From Macrostomum lignano (taxonomy: Eukaryota): a stretch of 64,000 bases of DNA. A program made the position numbers and the translations under genes. The number at the start of each line of letters is the position of its first letter. Positions within the stretch are counted from its first letter, which is position 1. Shown in pieces: positions 48,801 to 58,753 of the stretch. The notes beneath the pieces were generated by a model, which made no database searches, had not been told where the DNA came from, and saw only the letters and a list, made by a program, of their open reading frames with translations. The stretch covers positions 310,001 to 374,000 of the forward strand of contig NIVC01000166.1 in the NCBI GenBank assembly GCA_002269645.1, in the 5' to 3' direction.

Positions 48801-51179
48801 GAACCTACTGAGAAATCGGCCCTGAACCTACTGAGAAATCAGCACTGAACCTACTGAGAAATCAGTCCTGAACCTACTGAGAAATCGGCCCTGAACCTAC
48901 TGAGAAATCAGCACTGAACCTACTGAGAAATCAGTCCTGAACCTACTGAGAAATCGGCCCTGAACCTACTGAGAAATCGTCCCTGAACCTACTGAGAAAT
49001 CGTCCCTGAACCTACTGAGAAATCGTCCCTGAACCTACTGAGAAATCGTCCCTGAACCTACTGAGAAATCGTCCCTGAACCTACTGAGAAATCGTCCCTG
49101 AACCTACTGAGAAATCGTCCCTGAACCTACTGAGAAATCGTCCCTGAACCTACTGAGAAATCGTCCCTGAACCTACTGAGAAATCGTCCCTGAACCTACT
49201 GAGAAATCGTCCCTGAACCTACTGAGAAATCGTCCCTGAACCTACTGAGAAATCGTCCCTGAACCTACTGAGAAATCGTCCCTGAACCTACTGAGAAATC
49301 GTCCCTGAACCTACTGAGAAATCGTCCCTGAACCTACTGAGAAATCGTCCCTGAACCTACTGAGAAATCGTCCCTGAACCTACTGAGAAATCGTCCCTGA
49401 GCCTACTGAGAAATCGTCCCTGAGCCTACTGAGAAATCGTCCCTGAACCTACTGAGAAATCGTCCCTGAACCTACTGAGAAATCGGCCCTGAACCTACTG
49501 AGAAATCAGCCCTGAACCTACTGAGAAATCAGTCCTGAACCTACTGAGAAATCAGTCCTGAACCTACTGAGAAATCAGTCCTGAACCTACTGAAAAATCA
49601 GTCCTGAACCTACTGAGAAATCAGTCCTGAACCTACTGAGAAATCAGTCCTGAACCTACTGAGAAATCAGTCCTGAACCTACTGAAAAATCAGTCCTGAG
49701 CCTACTGAGAAATCAGTCCTGAACCTACTGAAAAATCAGTCCTGAACCTACTGAGAAATCGTCCCTGAACCTACTGAGAAATCAGCACTGAACCTACTGA
49801 GAAATCGTCCCTGAACCTACTGCAAAACTAAGCTGTATATATTGAGTAATCGCAACTCAACCTTGCAATCAACAATCTATCAATGCCAATCACCGCAGAT
49901 ACCAGTCTGGCTGGCTAATCTCTGGAATAGCCGTCTGGTGAACATAGTTGCCAGGAGTCTGGGCCCGCCATCAGCCTCAGCAGACAATGCGCAGCCCTGC
50001 CTACTTGCTAAATTCATTCGCTGCGCGATTGCGTCACAATGTCCACTGAGACCAGGGCTGGTGGAAGCATTTCTTTCTGGCTTAATCGGCTACCAGCCTG
50101 AGCCGCTGCAACAATTGCAACCGGATACAGAACAATTGCAACTGGATCAGCCACAATTGCAACCGGATCAGCCACAATTGCAACCGGACCAAGAGAAACT
50201 GCTATTGGATCCAGATAAACTGCAATTGGATCCAGAGAAACTACAATTGGATCCAGAGAAACTGCAATCGGATCCAGAGAAACTGCAATTGGATCCAGAG
50301 AAACTGCAATCGGATCCAGAGAAACTGCAATCGGATCCAGAGAAACTGCAATTGGATCCAGAGAAACTGCAATTGGATCCAGAGAAACTGCAATCGGATC
50401 AAGAGAAATTGCAATCGCATCCAGAGAAACTGCAACCGGAACAGCAGAAACTGCAATCGGAACAGCAGTCACTGCAATCGGAACAGCAGTCACTGCAACC
50501 GGAACAGCAGAAACTGCAATCGGAACAGCAGTCACTGCAATCGGAACAGCAGAAACTGCAACCGGAACAGCAGTCACTGCAACCGGAACAGCAGAAACTG
50601 CAACCGGAACAGCAGTCACTGCAATCGGAACAGCAGTCACTGCAATCGGAACAGCAGAAACTGCAACCGGAACAGCAGAAACTGCAACCGGAACAGCAGA
50701 AACTGCAACCGGAACAGCAGTCACTGCAATCGGAACAGCAATCACTGCAATCGGAACAGCAGTCACTGCAACCGGAACAGCAGTCACTGCAATCGGAACA
50801 GCAGTCACTGCAATCGGAACAGCAGTCACTGCAAGCAGACTCAACACCGAGCGCATCAGACGCTGACCAGCTGGGCCAACTCGGACTCAGCCGCAACAAC
50901 AGGAAGCGGCCGAAGCTGCCGCAGCCGCTGCAGTTGTTCGCCGAATCCAATTCTGACTCGGCTATCGCAGTGGCGGCGGAGTCTCCGCTGTCGAAGCGCA
51001 GCTTGTCGGCCAGCGCGCCCGGGTCGTCGCTGCCGCTGGTCACGGAGGTCAGCGAAGGCCTGGAGTCGCTGCGCCAGCTGTCGCAGCAGCTGCTGGGCGA
51101 ACCGCCGGCCGACCCCGGGCGCGGTGCCGCCGCAAGCTTCGCCGGTGGCGGCACTCAGGTCAGCGCCGAGATTTGTTGA
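35885..51179 (+). CDS. CTTNBP2: Cortactin-binding protein 2 homolog; exons 35885-36556, 38318-38806, 42647-42716 (tentative), 44126-44352, 45073-45527, 46057-46323, 47996-48293, 49899-51179; ~1252 aa
   Basis: CortBP2 domain (TRAELLKYLACLEGELAARDAAIDSLR; ADPYAALQRD; LEFERQQSRKL). C-terminal similarity to CTTNBP2: HSCLILAGP, IGPSMFLSCPV, VWLANLWN, CPL. Phases close (3759 nt) only with the tentative 70-nt exon and the 44126 acceptor; the start codon is also uncertain. Confidence 0.82.
36628..38240. repeat. 23/27-bp minisatellite in CTTNBP2 intron 1
   Basis: Unit GGGATGAGATGCAGGCTACGATATGAA(TGAA). Confidence 0.95.
38965..40413. repeat. 24-bp minisatellite in CTTNBP2 intron 2
   Basis: Unit AAATGTGTCAGTAAATTGGGGCTG; switches to the ...AATATGGGG variant near 40008. 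Confidence 0.95.
42835..43760. repeat. 19-bp minisatellite (self-complementary core)
   Basis: Unit TGTAGTATACAGTCTGTAC with variants. Confidence 0.95.
43769..44066 (+). mobile_element. 298-bp MITE with 14-bp perfect TIR and 8-bp TSD (hAT-like)
   Basis: TIR CATACATGCGCAAC...GTTGCGCATGTATG; perfect TSD TGTATAAG at 43761-43768 and 44067-44074. Confidence 0.93.
44398..44965. repeat. 23-bp minisatellite in CTTNBP2 intron 4
   Basis: Unit TGTGTACAGCCTGCTGTATTGTC. Confidence 0.95.
45537..46016. repeat. (CAGA)n-based microsatellite filling CTTNBP2 intron 5
   Basis: Direct reading. Confidence 0.95.
46398..47950. repeat. 28-bp minisatellite in CTTNBP2 intron 6
   Basis: Unit GATGTGTCAGTAGGTCAGGTGTCGATAA with TCTATAGG variants. 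Confidence 0.95.
48370..49822. repeat. 23-bp minisatellite in CTTNBP2 intron 7
   Basis: Unit GAGAAATCGTCCCTGAACCTACT. Confidence 0.95.
50116..50835 (+). repeat. Coding 21-bp (7-aa) tandem repeat inside the CTTNBP2 last exon, ~34 units
   Basis: LQLDPEK / LQSDPEK / LQPEQQK / LQSEQQS units in an uninterrupted frame. Confidence 0.9.
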
Positions 51180-51341
51180 GTATAGCGCCACCTCAGTTAG
51201 CACTCCAGCACTTCTGTTTAATCCAGTTTATTGAATCACCTCATTAATCTACTGACAAATGCTTCTGAATTTCTGGAACTTCCTACTGATCCTTCTAATA
51301 CGCTATCACAAATCCTTTCTTAGAAATCACGCCGGGGTCTT

Positions 51342-51860
51342 CTGAGAAATCGCCTCGTTGACTTTCTGAGAAATCGCCTCGTTAACTTTCTAAGAAATCG
51401 CCTCTAGGCCTCCTAAGAAATCGCCTCTAGGCCTCCTAAGAAATCGCCTCTAGGCCTCCTAAGAAATCGCCTCTAGGCCTTCTAAAAAATCGCCTCTAGG
51501 CCTCCTAAGAAATCGCCTCTAGGCCTCCTAAGAAATCGCCTCTAGGCCTCCTAAGAAATCGCCTCTAGGCCTCCTAAGAAATCGCCTCTAAGCCTTCTTA
51601 GAAATCGCTTCTAGGCCTTTTAAGAAATCGCCTCTAAGCCTCCTGAGAAATCGCCTCGGGGACTTCCTGAGAAATCGCCTCGGGGACTTCCTGAGAAATC
51701 GCATCGAAGGGCCACCCGACAAATCGCCTGAGGTCTCCTGAGAAATCGCCTCGGGGACTTCCTGAAAAATCGCATCGAAGGGCCACCTGAGAAATCGCCT
51801 GAGGTCTCCTGAGAAATCGCCTCGGGGACTTCCTGAGAAATCGCCTCGGGGGGACCTTAG
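51342..51860. repeat. 23-bp minisatellite downstream of CTTNBP2 stop
   Basis: Unit GAAATCGCCTCTAGGCCTCCTAA and derivatives. Confidence 0.9.
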
Positions 51861-51894
51861 AAATCGCATGAATCTCTAAAAAGGCATTTTCAAG

Positions 51895-52175
51895 TCACAA
51901 ATTCATTACGGAATCATAATCTTTCCAGACTCTGTTCCGGCGTAGAAGGAATCTGGCCGCTTCATCTTCGCTGTCGGAGACGACGAACTCATCAGCTTCG
52001 TCCCTGCTGCCGCCTTCCACCGGGTTCTCGCTGTCCTCATTGACTAGCTCCGCTTCTTCTGGCTCGCTGCTCAACGCCGCGGTTGTCAACCGGCGAAGGC
52101 AGTTATTCGGCGGCGGCGGCGGCGGCTCCTCTTCTTCAGCTTCGTCGACGTCGTTACGTCGACATCGGCATCAGA
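51895..52175 (-). other. Orphan acidic/proline-rich exon-like segment with one frameshift
   Basis: Minus-strand CTAATTGTAG acceptor followed by GC-rich sequence readable as SDADVDV(fs)NDVDEAEEEEPPPPPP...DSVMNL*; no homolog recognised. Confidence 0.4.
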
Positions 52176-52202
52176 GCTACAATTAGCATGCTAGGACTGG
52201 AC

Positions 52203-52238
<36 letters not shown>

Positions 52239-52904
52239 CCTTTTTCTCTGTGTGTTTACTACTTATAGTAGTTTTATTATTTTAATTAGATACTTAAAAT
52301 CCCGACAATTTGCCAAGGCATCATGGAACAGGAGTCAAATAATCCCCACAGGAATTAGATAATTCCCATTAATCTCTAAGTTAATTAAGATAACTCAAGT
52401 CAGGTGACATGACAATGAAAACGAGTGAGTCTGAATCAGAAGGGATGTCTCAAAATGTGCTACTGCTAAGCTATCGTGTGTGCTTTATTTATTTACTATC
52501 CACATATTTTAGATAAATTCAAAATCAAGGCGTGCTATTTCTGTATTTTTTATTCTTCCAGCTCACAAAATACCATAATTTTTCTTTCGCTCTACTTGCT
52601 CTACTAGGTGTAAGTAGCATATAATTTAGCTTTTATCTAGATATCATTTTTTATTTCGACGCAGTTTACAGGGCATACTATGAAGGCGCCAAGTTTTCTT
52701 AATCGCTTAAATTACAGATAGAAAATGTTCTGCTTGCAATTCGGTTTAGAATATACATATCTTATTGCCTGATTGGCCATGTTAATACCTTTTTTGTACT
52801 TGATTGTTGCCTTGGTATATTTTTTTAATTTTGGTAGTTATTAATTGAATGTAAGTTCAACATAATCCGCCCTGTCCTTCCTAAAAATCGCTCCTGCATA
52901 AAAA

Positions 52905-54545
52905 ACGCCCTCATAAGAATTGTCCTCTCCTTCATAAGAATTGTGTCCTCTCCTTCATTAAAACTGTCCTCTCCTTCATAAGAATTCTCCTCTCCTTCAT
53001 AAGAATTGTCCTCTCCTTCATAAGAATTCTCCTCTCCTTCATAAGAATTGTCCTCTCCTTCATTAGAATTGTCCTCTCCTTCATAAGAATTGTCCTCTCC
53101 TTCATTAGAATTGTCCTCTCCTTCATAAGAATTGTCCTCTCCTTCATTTAAACTGTCCTCTCCTTCATTAGAATTGTCCTCTCCTTCATAAGAATTGTCC
53201 TCTCTTTCATAAGAATTGTCCTCTCCTTCATTAGAATTGACCTCTCCTTCATTTAAACTGTCCTCTCCTTCATTAGAATTGTCCTCTCCTTCATTAGAAT
53301 TGTCCTCTCCTTCATTAGAATTGTCCTCTCCTTCATTAGAATTGTCCTCTCCTTCATTAGAATTGTCCTCTCCTTCATTAGAATTGTCCTCTCCTTCATT
53401 AGAATTGTCCTCTCCTTCATTTTAACTGTCCTCTCCTTCATTAGAATTGTCCTCTCCTTCATTAGAATTGTCCTCTCCTTCATTTAAACTGTCCTCTCCT
53501 TCATTAGAATTGTCCTCTCCTTCATTTAAACTGTCCTCTCCTTCATTTAAACTGTCCTCTCCTTCATTAGAATCTCTCCTTTTTCATATGAATCGCTCCT
53601 TTTTCATACGAATCGCTCCTTTTTCATAAGAATCGCCCTCTCCTTCATTAGAATTGTCCTCTCCTTCATTAGAATTGTCCTCTCCTTCATTAGAATTGTC
53701 CTCTCCTTCATTAGAATTGTCCTCTCCTTCATTAGAATTGTCCTCTCCTTCATAAGAATTGTCCTCTCTTTCATAAGAATTGTCCTCTCCTTCATTAGAA
53801 TTGACCTCTCCTTCATTTAAACTGTCCTCTCCTTCATTAGAATTGTCCTCTCCTTCATTAGAATTGTCCTCTCCTTCATTAGAATTGTCCTCTCCTTCAT
53901 TAGAATTGTCCTCTCCTTCATTAGAATTGTCCTCTCCTTCATTAGAATTGTCCTCTCCTTCATTAGAATTGTCCTCTCCTTCATTTTAACTGTCCTCTCC
54001 TTCATTAGAATTGTCCTCTCCTTCATTAGAATTGTCCTCTCCTTCATTTAAACTGTCCTCTCCTTCATTTAAACTGTCCTCTCCTTCATTAGAATCTCTC
54101 CTTTTTCATACGAATCGCTCCTTTTTCATACGAATCGCTCCTTTTTCATAAGAATCGCCCTCTCCTTCATTAGAATCGATCATTCTTCATAAGAATCGCC
54201 CTCTCCTTCATTAGAATATCTCCTTTTTCATACGAATCGCTCCTTCTTCATAAGAATCGCCCTCTCCTTCATTAGATCTCTCCTTTTTCATACGAATCGC
54301 TCCTTCTTCATACGAATCGCTCCTTCTTCATAAAAATCGCCCTCTCCTTCATTAGAATCGATCATTCTTCATAAAAATCGCCCTCTTATTCATAAGAATA
54401 GCCCTCTCCTTCATAGGAATCGCTCCTTCTTCATAAGAACCGCCCTCTCCTTCATAAGAATCGCCCTCTCCTTCATAAGAATCGCCCTCTCCTTCATAAG
54501 AATCGCCCTCTCTTTCATAAAAATCCCCCTGTCCGTCATGAGAAT
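52905..54545. repeat. 21-bp minisatellite upstream of PDCD10
   Basis: Unit CCTCTCCTTCATTAGAATTGT, degenerating 3' to AATCGCCCTCTCCTTCATAAG. Confidence 0.95.
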
Positions 54546-54582
54546 CGCCCTGTTCTCCCTACGAAATCGCTCTCACGGTGCA

Positions 54583-54604
54583 GCTAACCTTCGCCCTATG
54601 CCAG
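54583..54604 (+). promoter_or_regulatory. Candidate 3' splice acceptor (cis or trans) upstream of the PDCD10 ATG
   Basis: GCTAAC branch-like motif followed by CTTCGCCCTATGCCAG ending 54604, 79 nt before the ATG; no obvious upstream 5' exon. Confidence 0.45.
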
Positions 54605-54682
54605 CGCACAAGGTCCTGAATTGCCGGTGCGAACTCAAAGAAGACACAGCCAGCAATAGAAAGCAGCCCAGCTGTCAAAGCA

Positions 54683-55396
54683 ATGTCGGCCTACAACAGA
54701 GGCGGAATGGCTGTGCCCGGCAACTCGGAGGACGACCTGTCGTCAGCTGGCCAGTCCGCGGCCCCCAGCCCGGCAGTGAGGGAGATCATGGTGCTGCAGT
54801 ACCTCATCCAGCCAGTCATCGCCAGCCTGGAGCCGATGTCCGCCTCTCATGCCACCACATTGCGGCAGGCGTTCAACAGAGTGGAGCAGCACAACCCCGG
54901 CTTCTGCTGCGCATTCGTTGAGAACCTGCTGAGGCGCGGCGATCTGGACGTGAATAACGACATTAACTTTCACGAGACTCTGCTCAGGCTGGCCTATGAA
55001 GAGGAGCGGCAGGCACCCGCCGCTGGCCCTTATAATCCTGCCGCCAACCCGCACCTGCTGCAGCTGGAGAAGCGGGCCAAGATGCTCAAAGAGATTCTCA
55101 GCGGCATACCTCAGCTCATTGGAGACCGGAAACGGTTCCTGGAAGCCATCAAAGACATCGCCAACGCCATCAAGGAGATGCTGGACACGGTCAGTTTGGT
55201 CACCGCGTCAATCGGCAACGCCCAGCGCAAGCAGTCGCTCGACCAGCAGAAGAAAGATTTCATTAAATACTCGAAAACTTTCTCCAATAAATTGAAAACA
55301 TTTTTCAAAGACAATTCCAAAACTGATGTGTACATCAGCGCCAATCAGCTGATCTACCAGACCAACCTCATTCTCAAGGCTGTTCGAGACTACTGA
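54683..55396 (+). CDS. PDCD10: Programmed cell death protein 10 / CCM3, 237 aa, intronless CDS
   Basis: LRQAFNRVEQHNPGF, INFHETLLRLA, LKEILSGIP..IGDRKRFLEAIKDIANAIKEMLDTV, LDQQKKDFIKYSKTFSNKLKTFFKD, VYISANQLIYQTNLIL match CCM3; AATAAA at 55494. Confidence 0.96.
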   Translation: MSAYNRGGMAVPGNSEDDLSSAGQSAAPSPAVREIMVLQYLIQPVIASLEPMSASHATTLRQAFNRVEQHNPGFCCAFVENLLRRGDLDVNNDINFHETLLRLAYEEERQAPAAGPYNPAANPHLLQLEKRAKMLKEILSGIPQLIGDRKRFLEAIKDIANAIKEMLDTVSLVTASIGNAQRKQSLDQQKKDFIKYSKTFSNKLKTFFKDNSKTDVYISANQLIYQTNLILKAVRDY

Positions 55397-55956
55397 TAAT
55401 CGATTTATTGAACTTCACTGCTGCACAGAGGCTCCAAAATCGTAAAAAAAATTTTGTTTTTCTAGAAATCAGCAAACTTCAAAATATTTGGTTAATAAAT
55501 AAACAAAATGCAAAATGTTTAACATGCTTTCGTGATGTTATGCTGTTTCGTATTTCCATTTTTTATGTTACGTTTTATCCAGTCTAATGTTTAATCATGT
55601 TTTCTAAGCGCTCCCCATTTGTTAATTAAATACGGATATTTTTAAACAAAAATTGCAACAAATGCTGCCCGCCTCATTCACACTACTTATAGTAAGTAGA
55701 ACGCGTATCGGTAAAGATCAAAATGGTTGATAATTTGTTTTGTAAAACGTTTGCTTCAATCAGAATTAATAAACCAGGTATTTAAATATTTTGAGGATCT
55801 GAAATCGGCCTTATTTATTATTTCTGTTATATAAATATTTATTATATATTATTCAATGCTTAACTTTATAGCAAAGCTTATTGTCTTGTTTATCAATAAT
55901 ATTTTAGCCACTAGGTATGTTGATTAGCACTATATATTTGATGCTATACTTCTTCA

Positions 55957-56596
55957 GGCTAGATTAGCAATCCATTAGATTCCTTATTAACTCGGACTAG
56001 ATTAGCAATCCATTAGATCCCTTATTAGCTCGGACTAGATTAGCAATCCATTAGATTCCTAATTATCTCAGGCTAGATTAGCAACCCATTAGATTCCTTA
56101 TTAACTCGGACTAGATTAGCAATCCATTAGATTCCTAATTATCTCAGGCTAGATTAGCAACCCATTAGATTCCTAATTATCTCAGGCTAGATTAGCAATC
56201 CATTAGATCCCTTATTAACTCGGACTAGATTAGCAATCCATTAGATCCCTTATTAACTCGGACTAGATTAGCAATCCATTAGATCCCTTATTAACTCGGG
56301 CTAGATTAGCAATCCATTAGATTCCCTATTAACTCGGACTAGATTAGCAATCCATTAGATTCTTTATTATCTCAGGCTAGATTAGCAATCCATTAGATTC
56401 ATTATTATCTCAGGCTAGATTAGCAATCCATTAGATTCCTTATTATCTCAAGCTAGATTAGCAATCCATTAGATTCCTTAATATCTCAGGCTAGATTAGC
56501 AATCCATTAGATTCCTTATTATCTCAAACCAGATTAGCAATCCATTAGATTCCTTATCCTTATTAACTCGAGCTAGATTAGCAATCCATTAGATTC
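55957..56596. repeat. 38-bp minisatellite between PDCD10 and ARMH3
   Basis: Unit CTAGATTAGCAATCCATTAGATTCCTTATTAACTCGGA. Confidence 0.95.
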
Positions 56597-56634
56597 CGTA
56601 TTCATCACTGGTTTATAACTGCACTCATGGCGCA

Positions 56635-58404
56635 ATGCATTTTGAAGCAAATGACGATCTGCTCAAAGGCAAGCAACGTGCTCAGTCGCTTAAAGTCGGG
56701 ATGAAAGAGAAAGTTGTGCAACTCTACGATAGGCATTTCTCTGTGAGTTAGTTGCATTATAGTTTTCAGTAATTAAGTAAGTATGCTGGCTTTATGAGAA
56801 TTTCTCTAATAAAAGAATACTTCAGTACTTTGTTTTTTAATAAAATTGTATATGCTATACTACTTTTTCTACTAACAGTAGAGTAGTTAGAATGTTTTGC
56901 GTATTCTTGTGTATTTGAAAGAAAATGTCGCAATTAAACAGGGCGAAGACATCTCTGGCGGATCGGACAGTTTCTGGAACGAATTCTTTCTTTTGCGTGC
57001 CAACGTGCGCTACCTTCAGGCGCATTTCGAACGATGCGCCTGGGACGAATTGGCCTGCCAGAAGCCCGCAATCCGGCGCTTATTTGGCCACTGCACAGCG
57101 CCGCTGCAAAATCATCCAGCCATGGGCCAGGACGCCATTCGCCAGGCCAACGCATTGCAAACTCTCGCCTCTCTGATTCGAGGAGCTTTCAGCTGTCCGC
57201 CGACTGCTGTGGCCGCGGCCGAGGCGGCTGCAGTCGTCGGCGGCGGCGGCGTCAGCGTCAACGTCGGGGACGTCGACGAGCAGCAAATGGACAGTCAGCG
57301 CCCGAATCATCCGAATCTGGATTTGCTGATGCCGCCTAACGATGCGGAGTCTATTATGCAGGTATGTGCCGATATGTTGTATAGACAGTTTTATTGGCTT
57401 GTTTAAACAGGAATCTTGCTGATCAGTGATCAATACTAATCAACATTCTAGCCGATATGTTGTGTAGACATCTTTATTGGCTTGTTTAAACAGTAATCTT
57501 ACTGATCAATACGAGTGCTAATCATCACGCTAGCCGATATGTTGTGTAGACAACTTTATTTGATTGTTTAGATAGCATTTTTACTGATCAATACTAATCA
57601 ACATGCTAGCCGATATGTTGTGTAGACAACTTTATTGGGTTGTTTAGATAGCAATTTCACTGATCAATACTAATCAGCATGATAGCCGATATGTTGTGTA
57701 GACAATTTTATTGGCTTGTTTAAACAGTAATTTCACTGATCAATACTAATCAACATGCTAGGCGATATGTTGTGTAGACAACTTTATTGGGTTGTTTAGA
57801 TAGCATTTTCACTGATCAATACTAGTCAGCATGATAGCCGATATGTTGTGTAGACAACTTTATAATGATCAAACCTAATTGCTTTTTCTGAAATTTAGGT
57901 TCGAAAAATAGCTTACCAATATGTTTCGTATTTAACTTTTTGAAGTACAAAATATTTACCATAATTGGCCAGAAAAAAACACTTGCTGAGATTTTTCAAC
58001 TATTGGGAATTTCAAACTGCTAACTGTAAAACTCGCATTTACGAGCCGTGAAAGCGATTAATCTTGAATTTTTATTATAATTCGATCTTGCTACTTGCAG
58101 TAAGATGAGAGTAAATTGTTGGAAATTTAAATAAAAACAATTGCAGGATCTTCTTCACCGCCTCGCCTGTTGTTTATCCGACGATGTAGTCCAGCTTCCA
58201 ATTAAAGCGCTGGCTATTAACCTGCTAGTTACTATGGCAACTGCCTGCGATCTACAATACAACCCCATGCTGAGCTACCTGGTCTCCAGTCGGGTGTTCG
58301 ACTGCTGCCTGCAGCTTTTCGCCTCCACTGAGCTGCGGCGAGAGTTTGGCGACTCCGTTTGCACCCTGCTGGCCATCATGCTGCAGGCGCACCGGCACAA
58401 TGTA

Positions 58405-58437
<33 letters not shown>

Positions 58438-58717
58438 CTGCTTGTCCTGTCTGTCTGTCTGTCTGTCTGTCTGTCTTTCTGTCTGTATTTGTGACTGTCT
58501 GTCCGTCTGTCTGTCTGTCTGTCTGTATTTGTGACTGTCTGTCCGTCTGTCTGTCTGTCTGTCTGTATTTGTGACTGTCTGTCTGTCTGTATTTGTGACT
58601 GTCTGTCCGTCTGTATTTGTGACTGTCTGTCTGTCTCTATTTGTGACTGTCTGTCTGTCTGTCTGTCTGACTGTGTGTCTGTCTTTGTGTGTGTGTGTGT
58701 GTGTTTGTGTGTCTGCT

Positions 58718-58753
<36 letters not shown>

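Noticed and set aside
52932-54047. MKERTIL (minus) and SSPSLEL (plus) repeat ORFs
   Set aside because: Products of the 21-bp unit; variant units introduce TAA stops and no splice context supports them.
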